Shown: positions 1 to 12,208, counted from the first letter of the stretch. The stretch is 64,000 nucleotides of DNA from Dudresnaya verticillata (GCA_977862235.1 OZ374557.1:3038001-3102000), one strand, 5' to 3'. Notes: generated by a model from the sequence alone, not told the origin. A program made the numbers and translations.

Positions 1-197
1 CAGGCTCTTGGCAACAATATGCGAACGCGCTTCTAGCGGGATCTCGTTAATACGGATGAAGTTAGGACCAGCCCCGGTGTCGAGGTCAGTACGTTTACGG
101 GCCAAGGTATTGGTGGTGGTGCCAAGGTCGGCGTACACCTTATAGTTTCGCTTGGCCATTACGAACAACTGTCCTCGCCCCTTCGGAGGCTGGTACC
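1..197 (-). pseudogene. Gypsy element E2, aspartic protease fragment (continues out of the window to the left; joins 14998 across the E1 insertion)
   Basis: Minus strand reads MAKRNYKVYADLGTTTNTLARKRTDLDTGAGPN (DTG motif), homologous to E1 protease 8877-9395. Joining 197 to 14998 restores the sequence seen uninterrupted in E1 at ~9350-9420. Confidence 0.85.
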
Positions 198-1065
198 TGT
201 GGTGCAAGCGTCTGAGACGATGGACCGCCGAGCAGTCCGGGGCTCGGTGGGTAGCTACGCCCTTGGCAGTGGGTAGTCCCGCCGTGGGTGACTTTTTGGT
301 AGAGCAAAGGACACGCCTTGGGCGGACTGTAGACGCCCGAGGCGGGAAGGAAGGGAAAAGGAAACAGAAAGGGAACATGTCAAGGACGATGGTAGACGTG
401 GAAGCACGGGAGGTAGACGCTTGAGCCGTAGCCAGCGGTAGAATACGCGCGTACGGAACGGGGAAGTCTGGAACAAGGCCGGCTTGCCCGGGCGTTTACT
501 GTTACGTCTGGGACGGCTTACCTAAGAATAGTACGGCGGTGCGGCGGCGGCGGTGCGTGTGCGTAGCGCGGGAACTCGGGACACGTGTCGTCCCGAGGTG
601 CGTCTGACAGATCACCCATCGCATGCAGCCGCATGCCTGACAGATCGCCGTACAACCCCCTGTGTGGGTGCTTACATGCACACGTGGACGCGTGTGCCTT
701 ACAGCCATCCGCGCGCGCATATTGTAGAGCGTGCGCCTTGGATCTAATCCGATACTTGTCCGATCCCGATCCCATCCGGATCGGGCCAGCAATGCGAATA
801 CCCGCAGCCTTACAGGCGCGTATCTTACAGCTTAGGCGATCCGGATAGCCAATCTGGATACCGGATCCGGATCCCATCGGGATCCGTATTACAGTGCCCC
901 GGGGCGCCATGTCGGCGCATCACCGTACAGTGCCCGCGTGGCGTGCGGCGCGCAGTGTGCGCGCGCCAACGGCGGTGGTGAGCGCCGGTGGCGGTTTCTC
1001 CGTCGGTCGACGTATTTGGTCTGCCCGCTTTCAGCGAAAAAGGGCTCGCCTCCCCTTGCACCACA
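198..1065 (-). repeat. E1 3' LTR (LTR-A)
   Basis: TG...CA with 10-bp terminal inverted repeat TGTGGTGCAA/TTGCACCACA. Direct repeat of 12209-13109 and 14487-14992. Confidence 0.95.
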
Positions 1066-1080
1066 CGACCCCCCTCCAAA
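1066..1080 (-). promoter_or_regulatory. Polypurine tract of E1
   Basis: Minus strand TTTGGAGGGGGGTCG immediately precedes the 3' LTR; the same motif is seen in E3 at 47633-47647. Confidence 0.85.
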
Positions 1081-1576
1081 ACGCGAACACGACCCGACCA
1101 TCAACCTGCTGCGGCGCGTGCGCCCGTTGCGTTCCTGGCCACTTCCGCGCCTTGCGAGCGAGTCCCCGAGCCTTCGCGTATTGTTGGTGGTGCGCCCGCG
1201 CGTGCGTTCCGACCTCGGCTGTGCCGTAAGAACTTCGCTCTTGTTGCGCACTTGCGTCCATGCGACCGCGTTGACGCTGCCCCAACATTCCCGCCCGTGG
1301 CGTATAACGTTCTCCGTCGTTGAAGTCTATTGTATATCCCTCGCCTGGGGCGTCGCGACTTAATCGTCATCGACGTCGTTTGCCTTTGGAATCGCCCGTG
1401 GCGCAGCAGCTGAACGTCGTTGACGTGGGTTTCTTTTCCTCGCCTGAGGCGTTACAACAGTAATCTTCTTCGACGCACGCTTCTCGAAGCTTTCGCCAGT
1501 GGCGCAGAACACGAGTCGTTTTTGACTTTTGTGCAAGTATCGCCGTTGGCGCTAAGATATTCTCGTCGTTGACGTC

Positions 1577-3430
1577 ATGCCGATGTTCAATGGCATGCAA
1601 GTGGCAGCGCCTTCGGCCGCGCCGGTGTACGCTTCGCCGGTCTACGTCGTCGGAAAGAACCCTCGCGATAATGCGCATTTCTTCGCGTGGGCCCCCTGGT
1701 TTGACCAGGAGGCTTTGCGCGAAGAAGATTTGGTCGCCCATTACGCTAGTAGCGGTTTCTTGCCGGGAGGCCTGCCCCTCGGCGTCGTCTGGACGTTGGA
1801 GTGGAAGTTACGTTGTGCCATCCCTGCGGAGTGGCTTTGGGTGCGAGCGAGACAGTCGGGTGCGGACATCCACGCGCAGTTCGTCTCAGACGTATATCGT
1901 CGCTTCACGCGTTATCCGGGGTCGACGTTAACGCCGCCCCTGTTCAACTATGATGCGGGACAATACCGCACAGCCGGCGAAGCCGAATATGGTGCTCGTC
2001 TCGGGACGCTATCGCTCAAACATGTGAGCGTGTCTATTGAGCCACGTGTGTTGGGAGAGGCCTACCTATTAGGCGTACGCTTGAAAGAGGATTTTCGTTA
2101 CTTGCATCGTACGGGTACGTTCTTTTGGGAGCGTTGTATCCGGTGGGAGTGCGAGACGCGTCGCCGAAAGGGCGTATTCGTGCCTTACCAGGACATGCAG
2201 ATCGATCGCATTGAGCGCAGAAAGTTACCCTTCTGTTTCGTGAAGGTGCCGCCTGTATGGCGCGAGTTTGAGATATGCGAGGGTTTCTCCGTAGAGCTTC
2301 CTCCGTGTGTCACGTATCTTGGTTTCGAGCTGATGACCGACCCATAGTCCAGGTATTGGATCGTGTTTTACATGGCGTGGGTCGCCAATGTGGCGTATGC
2401 GTGGTTATGGGAGGTGTATGAAACCTTCCGTATGTACCACTTACCCCCGCGTGTGGTGGCTGAGCTTGGCAGCCTCGACTTGGTCGAAATATTTGGCGGG
2501 TCCTGGAACGCCGAGAAGTTCTGGAACCTGCGCGCTGTGGCGGATGAGATCGATTGGAACGACCCGGAAATGGTACCGTATGCGTACAACCGCCGTAAGG
2601 CGAACCGTCCGCGATTCGCGATGAGTCGGACTCACTCCGCCTGTGGCGATTGGATCCATTATAATCCGTGGACTAAGCGTCGTACGCCGAAGAACGTTGC
2701 GGAGCGCCATCGCAAAACGGACCGCTTCACCCCGGGTAATCACCCGCGTGGTTTGCGTAAGAGCTGCGACTTTGTCGGTGATTTTCCTCCGCATTTGAGT
2801 GCCTTAATGGCCGAGGAGGATGCGTTTAACGCCGATGGTGGACCGGAGAACCCGTCTGGGACGGATATCGCTACGCCTATGGCGGTTGATTCGACTGCCT
2901 AGCCTGCGCCCGCGTCTTCGGCTTTGCCCGGAGGTGCTGTCGGTGGCGGCGGGGTGCCAGCTGGCCTGCCAGCTGTTGCGCCTCTTGACCTTGCGGCTCC
3001 CGTAGCTGACGATGATGGCGATGCTGTTATGGCGACGCCAATATTGGAGTCGGCTCCGCCGACCGTGACGCCTCAAGGCGGGGTATCCAACGTCGTAGAC
3101 GGTTCAGGGGGTCCAGCTTCGGTGCCAGCTTGGACTGAAGAGCAGCGCCGCACGGTGCTTGCGTTATTGCAGGCGGCAGGCGTCGCTACTAGCGGTCTGA
3201 GCGGCTCACCCACTGAGTGGATGAGCCAATCTTTGTCGGCTGCGGTCCCACCTCAGGGTGGGCCCGCGCCGAAGTCGACTAGTGTCGTAGGTTCTGCGTC
3301 GAAGGACGGTGTGGCAGAGAAGCCTTCGTCGCCTAAGGCGAATGGTCCGGCGTCTAAAGACGTGAGTATGACTGTACCGCCTGCGGCGAGCGGAGCGAAT
3401 GCCGCTGTAGTGTTCGCCGCCGTGGCTTAG
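1577..3430 (+). pseudogene. Antisense accessory ORF of E1 (originally one ~600-aa ORF, now interrupted by stops at 2345 and 2900), unknown function
   Basis: ORFs 1577-2347, 2363-2902 and 2924-3430 are in the same frame. The E3 homolog (46176-47083 and 30612-31294, minus) reads through both stops. Opposite strand to gag-pol. Confidence 0.8.
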
Positions 3431-4808
3431 AGTTTGGGTGCGGAGTTCCCCGTTGCTTAGCCCAATCAACTGCATCGTTGGTAACGTAGTTTGTTTTCGT
3501 CCGCTGCGGCCGTCGCGTCGTTGCCGACGAGTCTTGCGGGCGCGTTAGTGAAATGTTTGTCTCGGCGTGGCGACGTGCTCGGGGCGTTGTACTTCCCCTC
3601 GTTGCTCCATGCGTTAGCGTTGTGTAGTGCGCCTGAGGTGTTATTCTCGTCGTCATTGACGATTAGTATAGCTGTAATGGTTGTTTGTTAGCGAGCGCGA
3701 GGGGTTGTCCCCGTCTGTTTGAAGCCCCGTAAACTTCGGCCATTGTCAGCGTCTTCCCGTGTCTCGTTTCGTGTTGGTCTTAAGGTGTGACTTGTGGTCC
3801 CACTTCGACTTTGCGTCGTATTCGTGATGGTCCGCTACAGTAGCGTTGGCGTTTGATGCCATTAGCCTTAGCCGTGCGTTGGCACTTGGCTGTGTTTGCC
3901 CGGTAGGGTCCGCTGTAGTAGCGTTGTTCTTCGTGTTTCACGAGCGGCGTTGGCGTATTTCCGCTTACTTAGCGTTTTTGTAATGCATGTGTCGCACTGC
4001 GCCTTGGGCGTGGTTTGTCGTCGTCCTCGACGAGGGTCGCGAAGGCGGTGAGGTAGGTGTTGACGCCTCTTTCGTCTTCGACGTTCCTCCTTGGGGGTAG
4101 GGTAGAGTTGTCGTTCGCGCTCGCGCGACTGCGACGCGGCGGCCGCGGGCAGCGGCGGAGTCGTTGGCGATTTGTTGGTGCGTCGTTCACGGAACCCACA
4201 GCAACTGCGTCTTCAACCACCTTCCCCCCGGGGTGGGTTTGTCGGTGCGCCCCTTCTTCGGTGAGTTACGTCGGAGACGTTCGACGGGTGCTTTCGCGCG
4301 AGACTGTGGCCGGCAGGGTGGCGGTCCCAGGGACTTGGCCGTGGGGCGAGAGCGCGTCTCGTCGTCGGAGACGGTTGTTGTGCGCTGCCACTTGCGCCTG
4401 TCGTCGCTGGGGCTCGTAGCGCTTGGCATGATTGCGTTCGTCGTGCGTTGACGGTGGGGTGGTGCGCGCTGCCGTGTTTGGAAATTAAAATTTGACCAAT
4501 TACTGCCTCCTATTACTCGAGGGACGCCGGCGGCGGATCTCGATTTGCGATCTGGATCCACTGTCAACAGCGCACCCATCCAGAGGTTCCGTATGGGGGC
4601 TGCGGCGAGATGTCGTGCGCGAGGCTGTCTATGACGCAACGACTTGCGTCCGCGTTCGTCCCTGGCGTGCACAAGTGCTTGGTGCTATCGCTCTGGCGAC
4701 CGCGTCCACAGGCCATGGGTTGAACTTCCGCGCCTTTGGCGGTCGTAGGTCGAGCACGCGATCTCGATCGTCCGTCCATTCGCTTCCAGCGGTATTTCCG
4801 GGCTAGGG

Positions 4809-6138
4809 TTAACCGCGCTGCGCGTCGTCGACGTTTGGCGGCAGCTGCGTACGTTTCCGACGGTGGTACCGTATGACGTGGAATCGCGGCAAACTGGAGA
4901 CTGGCTCCCAGGTGTTCGCTGAAGCGGGGTATCCAAACCACTTGACGCGGTAGAGGATCTCATCATCATCCGCGTACGCGTGCGACTCGATGCGTTCCAT
5001 CACGTGTTCTCTTCCGCTCACAGCGTTCGGCTTGGAAGTGGGCCTGTCCAGCGCCTTTGGCGGTTTGTTTCGTTGAGTGATGGACGTCTGTTCCGGTTCG
5101 GCGAAACGTACTCGACGAGTTGATCGCCGAAGGCGTTGGCCTTGGGCCTCGGACGCTCGATCAGCGGTCAGTGGGTTGTTGCGTCTTGCGACGAGTTCAT
5201 CGCTTGCAGCGCCTTGCTTCGTGCTTGCACGGTTAACGTCTTCGTTATCGGACGCGCTTGCAGCGGAGTCATTGTTCTCATTCGGTGGTGCCGTAGCGAC
5301 GTGCTCCAAACGAGTGCGGATCCCTGGGGTATTTTCGTCGTTGGAGACGGATTGAGAAGCGACGTCGTCGGTATCGGCGGCGAAGGGCGAAAGCTCTGCC
5401 AACCCACGACTGCGTGACGCTGTGAGCGTATGCTCTTGCGGATCTCCCGCAGTGTGCGAAGTCTCTGCGTCCCCCTCCGAGTCTGCTGGTAGCGTGCTTG
5501 GGGTAGTCGTCCCCTCGTCTTGTGACGTGGGGGCGACTGCTTCCGGCTCTTCAGGTGGGCCTGGTGGTACGACGAGTGGAGGGGTCGCCTGACCCGGCGG
5601 GGTCGGCGCCCAGACCACGCGGTCTCGGGACAAACGTTCCCGCTCGTCACGTCCCTTGTCGATGGTTACCGTCTCGTTATCAACGTGAGTTACCCGGTAT
5701 GGCCCGTCCGCCACTGGCGCCAGCTTATGCTTACGCTCTGCGCGATCTGTGCTCCCGCCTCGGGCGAAGTATTCGTTACGTACGAATACGAAGTCGCCTT
5801 CGGCGATTGCTTCCTTCGATTTCCTTAATTGGGTATCGAAGTTTCGTTTGTAACGTGCTTGAGTTTTCTCTAACGACGCTTTAGCGGTTCCCATCAGTGC
5901 GGCCAGCCAGGCTCGCCACTTGGAGTAGTATTGCCCCGCGGTGGGTACGCTTTCGAGCGACGGTTCCGCTTCGAGCGACAATGGCCGTGGTGGCTTAGAC
6001 AGCACCAGTTCAAACGGAGCGAGATGCGTAGACGAATGCAACTGTGTGTTGTATGCGAACGTCAAGGCATCCGTGAACAGGTCCCAGTCTCTCGGATGAT
6101 CCGCAACGTAGTGACGCAGCGAGGCCAGGATAGTTCGG
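4809..6138 (-). pseudogene. E1 integrase C-terminal part with GPY motif and chromodomain
   Basis: FAYNTQLHSSTHLAPFEL, KLAPVADGPYRV, and C-terminal chromodomain VMERIESH...YRVKWFGYPASANTWEP. Confidence 0.9.
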
Positions 6139-6139
6139 T

Positions 6140-8404
6140 TTAGGGGTTTAGGGGTTTAGGGGTTTTTAGCTGGCCATTGCATTGCGGATGGTACGTCGTG
6201 GTGAAGAGATTCTCCACCCCCAAAAGACGGCAGATATCCTGAAACAGCTTAGCCAAAAACTGTGGTCCGTTGTCGGACAACAGTTTCTTGGGAGGAACGT
6301 ACACGAAGACCCAATGTCGTACAAACGCCTTAGCGATTTCCAATTCCGTAATACTACGTAGTGGGACCGTCCGGATCAGCTTCGAGAAGCGGTCCACAAT
6401 GAGGAGTAGGAACTTGTTTCCTCGCTTCGTACGTATGAGTTCGCCCAGGATGTCGATCGATACGAATTCGAGAGGCTCGGTTACCGGGAACAACTTCAAT
6501 TGCGTGGTGTTCTTTCGCAGCAATACGCGATTCTTAGCGCAGGTTACGCAGTTGCGGACGGTCGCATAGCAGTCCACTGGCATCGATGGCCAATAGTATT
6601 CGCGTCGAAGCGTATGATACAACTTACGCCCCCCTGGGTGCCCTGCCAACTTGGCGTGGTGCCGGAGGTGGAGTAAGCGAGCGCGTAACGCAGAGGGTAC
6701 GACCAATTGCGGACGGACTTCCACTGTTCGGACCAACATGCCCTGTTCATCCGTTGCGAACGGTAAGATGATCCCGTCATCCAGACGTTTCCTGACATCG
6801 CTACCGTATTTGTCATCGCCTTGGGCGTGTACCAACTCTTCATGCGTCACTTGACGAAGGAGTACCTCATCCGCCGGTGGCGTGTTGTTGATCAACACTT
6901 GGTCGAACTCTTCGAACTCTCGTTCGGTAAAGTCGACCTCGCCTTCGGCGTCTGACAGATCGTCTTGTGACGTTTGATGGCCGTCTTCGACGTAGCTTCC
7001 GTGATAGCATGGTATATCATCGTCAATGGGCTCGACGGTTTCTCCCTTCGTCTGTAGACGCGAAAGGGTATCTGCCTGAGTATTCAGGTACCCCTTTTTG
7101 TACTTCACGACGAATTCGAACTCGGAAAGGCGAAGGCGCCACCGCATCAACCGTCTAGAGGGATCGCTGATTTCCATCAGCCACCTCAATGACGAATGGT
7201 CCGTATGGACTGTAAACGACTCCATCTGGAGGTAAGGTCGCAGCGTCATGACGGACCATACTACTGCGAGGCACTCCTTTTCGGAGACCGAGTAGTTACG
7301 CTCTGGAGCGGTGAGCGAGCGGGACCAGAAGCCGAGTGGCTTTCGTTCCCCGTCAGACTGCGTTTGAAAGAGAGAGCCGCCGACCTGATACTCGCTTGCG
7401 TCACAGTCGACGGAATAGGGGAGACCCTGCTGTGGTAGCGCCAGTATAGGCGGATGAGTCACGGCCTCGACGAGCGTACTGAACGCTTTGGCTTGTGTCT
7501 CATCGAACGGTTGTAACCGAAAATCCTGTTCCTTCCTCAGCAACTTGTTGAGGGGAGCAGCGACATGCGCGTATCGCGAGACGAACCGTCTGTAGACGTT
7601 ACAAAGACCGAGGAAACTCTGTAGCTCCTTCTGATCCCGTGGATGCTTGGCTTCGCGTAGCGCAGCAGTGACAGTTCGGTCAAATTCTAACCGTCCTGGA
7701 CGTATGACGTGTCCTAAGTAGTTGACGGTCGGGGTGAAGAAATCACACTTGGTCAACTTCAGATTCACCCCAGCGCGGTGCAATGTCGAAAGGATCTCGT
7801 CAACATGACGGAAGTGACTGTCGATGTCGCTGTAGAAGATTATTACGTCGTCAAGGTAGATGAGGCACGAACGCCATTCGTAACCAGCGAGCAGTATGTC
7901 CAAAGTTCGTTGAAACGTAGCGGGTGCGTTCGTGAGACCGAATGGCATACGCTTGTAGCGGAACAGTCCGGCGTGGCACGTGAACGCAGTCTTATCGCGG
8001 TCTCGCGGATTGATCGGCACCTGCCAGTACCCACTATTACAGTCTAGGGTGGTGAAGACGTTTGCTTCTCCTAGACTGTCAATGCATTCGTCGATACGCG
8101 GCAGCGGGTACGTGTCCCGTACGGTTACTGCGTTTAAGCGACGGTAGTCTACGCAAAAGCGGAGGGTCCCGTCATTCTTGGGGGCGAAGACCACTGGTGA
8201 CGCCCACGGCGATTGTGTGGGTTCGATAACCCCTTGACGCAGCATGCGGTCCACTTCCGCTTGAGCGAGTTGTCTTTGCTTCGGCCCCGCTTGGTAGGGC
8301 GGGGACGATATCGGTCTAGAGCCGGGAAGCAAGTCGATGTAGTGCTCCGTGGTTGCGATTTTCCCCAGCGAACCGTCCCACATAGACGAATACTTGCGCA
8401 ACAT
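6140..8404 (-). pseudogene. pol: E1 pol: reverse transcriptase, RNase H, integrase N-terminal/core
   Basis: LRFCVDYRRLN, MPFGLTNAPATFQ, YLDD, DCDAS, ERNYSVSEKECLA, TDHSSL, HHCC zinc finger (H..HPG..C..C), SIDI...SDNGPQF...YHPQCNGQ. Broken at ~6140-6169 by a telomere-like insertion. Confidence 0.95.
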
Positions 8405-9577
8405 CGCCTTAGGCCGGCCTTGGTGCTCGGCGGGAGATGTCCCAGGTCCAAATCGTCTACTGACGGAGGTTTGGCAGTGGTTGCCTCGATAGACTTCGTG
8501 AAGGTATCCGGCTGTGCCGCAGTGTTATCATTCGTTTGAAAACGGAAATCTTGGTTTGCCTTCTCTTCCTCGGCCTGTTCCTCTGTGAGGCCCAAAACAT
8601 CGGCTAGACTTACGTGACTGCGGAACACTGCTGTCGGATGTGGTAACGCCGTCACGACGACTTGGCCCTTGGCCAGTGCCTGCGGGCGGGGAGAGAAGTT
8701 GGCAACCAGAATGCGAAACGCTTTTAGCGACTCCACTTGAGCAATCCCGTTCGTAACGGCCAGACCTTGCTTGTCGTACAGCGTTCCGAACGGTTGAATT
8801 GTGATGATTCCGGCGCGCTTGGTGGTCACCGATACCCATTGCTGCGCCTTAGGCGGGAGATCGCGCGCTCGGCGACTCAGATCTTGGGCGACGTCCTCCC
8901 CTCGGCCTTTCCGTATTCCTGTTCCGTTGGTAACGGAGGATACGACCGGGGTCGGCGCAGCGGGCGGCGCGTTATAGGGACACGAGTCCCGTCGTCCAAT
9001 TCGACCTCGCGACTTCGCGGATATATTGCTTCGACGAAGCGGTCGCAAAAGTCGCAGCCGAGTATAACTGGCGCAGCGAGTCGTTCGCAAACGATCAGTT
9101 CCAACTTGACGACTCTCCGTCCTAGACGAACGACCAGACCGATGGTGCCTCTTGTCTGGATCGCCTTATTGTTGGCGTCGGCTATGACGGGGAGGCTCTT
9201 TGCCACGATATGCGGTCGCGCTTCCAGCGGAATGTCGTCAATGCGAATGAAATTCGGGCCGGCCCCCATGTCGATGACAGTGAGTTTACGTGCCAAGGTA
9301 CTAACGGTTGCGCCCAAATCGGCGTACACCTTATAGTTCCTCTTGGCCATTACGAACAACTGCCCTCGCGCCTGGGGGGCTGGTACCTTCGCCATGGGCG
9401 TTTTAATGACGTCTGCGACGAGTTTATCCGCCCGTTGGCGTCATCAGTAACTAACTTCGGGCCCTCCTTCCGTGTCAGCACCAGAGGCCTAAGCCTCTCT
9501 TCGCGGTGTGACACCCCAGTGTCAGGATTTGGTGCCCGAGTTAGTTTTTCGCCTGCGGCGTGGTTGTGGCGCTGCAT
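8400..9577 (-). pseudogene. E1 aspartic protease and PR-RT linker with dUTPase-like fold (frameshifted)
   Basis: VIDMGAGPNFI...ILGCDFCDRF in ORF 8877-9395; linker GLAVTNGIAQV...RILVANFSPRPQALAKGQVV in ORF 8149-9090. Confidence 0.85.
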
Positions 9578-11520
9578 AGCGGTTGATCATCGTCGGATGA
9601 CGTTCTGCCGCGTGCGGCATGGGTCCGCCTCGTGGCGATTGTGGTCGTGCAGTATGGCGAGCAGCGTCGCGGGTCGCGCGTTCCTTCCAACGTACATACG
9701 CATCAGCGGGAACACCAGCCTTCTCGGCCTCGGTTAGTCCTTCATAGTTGGTAATAACCTTCATGAAGTCGCTCATGCGGAGGAAGGAGTCCGGCGCGAT
9801 GTGCCCGCGGGCGTAGCATTGGTGGCATACCAGCTGCCGACGTGCGTCTTGACGGGGCGGAACTCTGTCCTGCCATCCGGGCCTTGCTCGGTGAACGTGA
9901 GGAGCATACTCGGAATAGGGGACGCGTGGCGCGGGTATGACCAAGCGCCCAAAGGCGAGAGCGGGGTCCATATCCCTTGCTTCTTCGTCGTCGACGTAGC
10001 TGTCCGTCAGCAGAGCCAAGGTTGGAACCGACGCTTGCTCGTCTGCCAAATACAGATCGCCTTCGGCGTGTGTTTCCATGTCATCGACAGGGCGGCTAAC
10101 GTCTCGGAACTCGACGGAGGACTCCGCTATCATAGCGCGCGCTCCCGGCTTTGCGCCTCTCGTCTGTGGACGCAGTACACCTCGAGCATCTCCGATGGCG
10201 GATCGCGATGTGCGTACGGCTTGAGCCGGTGTCAGTAGGTCACGTCGTGCTGACGCGGAACCGGCCCTGCCGTGTCGTGCGCGGTTGGCATCCCATTCGT
10301 CCTGTGCGAAGTGTACCAGCCGCTCAAATGACAACTCCGCCCTTGGCGTTTCTTCTCGGAAGCGAGCGACCAGGGACCTGATCGACGGGTCTAACCCGTC
10401 GATGTACAGAGTCATCTTTTCCCAATCGGGATATATGTTACCGCAACGAATACACGCACCGGCTAGCCACATCCCATAGGTCGTCTCGTCCTCGCCTTGC
10501 TTATGGGCAGTCGACCGTAGGGCGAGGACAGCGTCCCTGATCGCCGCTGGCGTAGCATACGTACGGAGGAGGTACTGTACCGCCTCCAGGTACGAGGACA
10601 CCCCGCCGCGATGGCGAGAAGACGTCGACTTGACGGAGCGGAATTGCGTGGCTACCGTACCTCGCAAGAAGTACGGCAGTGCGACGAACGCTTGGGCTTC
10701 GCTCATCTCCAGCGTATCGGCTTCATCCGCGTAACGCGTCAGGAACTCGAGGACCATGACGGGGTCGCTGCCGTTGAAGGCGGCGTCCTTCATGGTCAGC
10801 TCCAAGCGTTTAATATGGTCTCTGACCTTACCCGTATCGCGCCCTGAGCGTTTTTGCCCTACCTCTTTGAGATGGTAGGTCCTGTACGATAATAACTGAT
10901 CGAAAAGGGGGTTGGAGGGGCGTAGCTCCTTCAACCCCTTGAACCGCTTTCCGCGAGGTCTTGCGGCACTGCCGAGATTTGGAAAGTCGTCTTCAGACGA
11001 AGAGTCTGAAGACTCTCCGAAGAGGACGAGGATGAGTCCCCACGTCGATGACGGTTCTTCTTCCGTCTCTGACGCAGCTTACGACGGCGTCTCTTCCGAT
11101 CCTTACGTCTGCGACGATCTTCGCATGAGCTCTCGTCACCCGACGGTGGACCGTTGCGCCACTTGGCGGTTTCGAGACGCTCTAAACGAGTCGCAAGTCG
11201 CTGAAAGCGTTCGCGTGAGCTAAGCTTAGAATGCCAATGAACCGTTACTGCCGGCGGTTGTTTTGTACCCTTGCCTTGGGCGTTTTGGTTCGTCAATAGA
11301 CAGTCGAGGTCGGATCAAAGCCCTTGTAGGGCGCCGTTCCGATCCTCTTCTAACGTCCGTAGACGACTTGCGATTCCTCCAACACTGTCGTCCAGCAACC
11401 CGGCGAATCTAGCGAGCATCGCATCGTCCCCCAAGACGCACACCTCTCGGATCCGTTCGCGTGGTATCGTTAAGTTACTCACGCGGACGGCCGAGAGTGA
11501 CGCCTTTGGCGGTTAGCTTT
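9522..11520 (-). pseudogene. gag: E1 gag (frameshifted) with CCHC zinc knuckle
   Basis: FNGSDPVMVLEFL...YFLRG capsid-like region; CHQCYARGHIAPDS knuckle (last Cys mutated; intact as CHQCYARGHIAPEC in E2). Confidence 0.85.
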
Positions 11521-12188
11521 CGCGGTTTGACCGGTCGGGCGTCCCTTGGGCCCTTTGACTTGGCGACTTCGGCTTAGTCGGCGAACAGCCGGCACTGCCG
11601 TGGGGAGTGCGGCAACATGCCCCGTGTGTCAATGGTTGGTCAGCGACGTTGCGCTCCGCGGAGTGCCCTTGATCGTCGTTGACGGGGATGGTTGGTTGAT
11701 CCGGAAGTTCCAGTTGTCCCTCGACGATGTCGGCTTGTGTTCCGTCTACGACGTCCTGTTGCTCGACTTGTACTGTATCAGCCGAGTCAACGTAGGAGCG
11801 GTTGGTGCGGAGGGCCGATCCCTCGGGGAATGAGGTGCGGACGACGACGGGGTTGTGCGTCGGCGGGGAAGGTAACTCTCCTCCGTTGAGCGACGCGTGG
11901 GAGCCTGCGTGGCCGTGGCCCGGGGTAGCGTCGGGAACGCCGACGCGATCTCGGGGCTCACGAGGCGCCCAGACCTCGTTGTCATCCGCTGTAGCGACCG
12001 TTCTGACGCGGGTACACTCCCAGGCGTCGAAGACGGTCTTCTTGAACTTGGGTCTCGCGACGGCGGCCGTCGTGAGGCCATGATACAATCGTAGAGTTGC
12101 TTGAACGTCGTGGACGATTAGCGACAAACGTCTGAAGACGGAGAGTCGGACGTCGCACGACGGAGTAACTCGTTGAAACGTAGCACAA

Positions 12189-12206
12189 TTCTAGGTCGGG
12201 AGACCA
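12189..12206 (-). promoter_or_regulatory. Primer-binding site of E1 (probably tRNA-Tyr)
   Basis: Minus strand TGGTCTCCCGACCTAGAA, 2 nt after the LTR. It implies a tRNA ending TCGGGAG-A-CCA (G72, A73, as in eukaryotic tRNA-Tyr). Identical in E2. Confidence 0.8.
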
Positions 12207-12208
12207 GA

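Noticed and set aside
502..910. Repeated ORFs such as MAPRGTVIRIPMGSGSG (also 12528-12920, 14441-14803)
   Set aside because: They lie wholly within LTRs and reflect the GATCCG repeats; recurrence is LTR duplication, not coding conservation.
1577..2902. env-like gene
   Set aside because: Antisense orientation; no signal peptide or clear transmembrane anchor.
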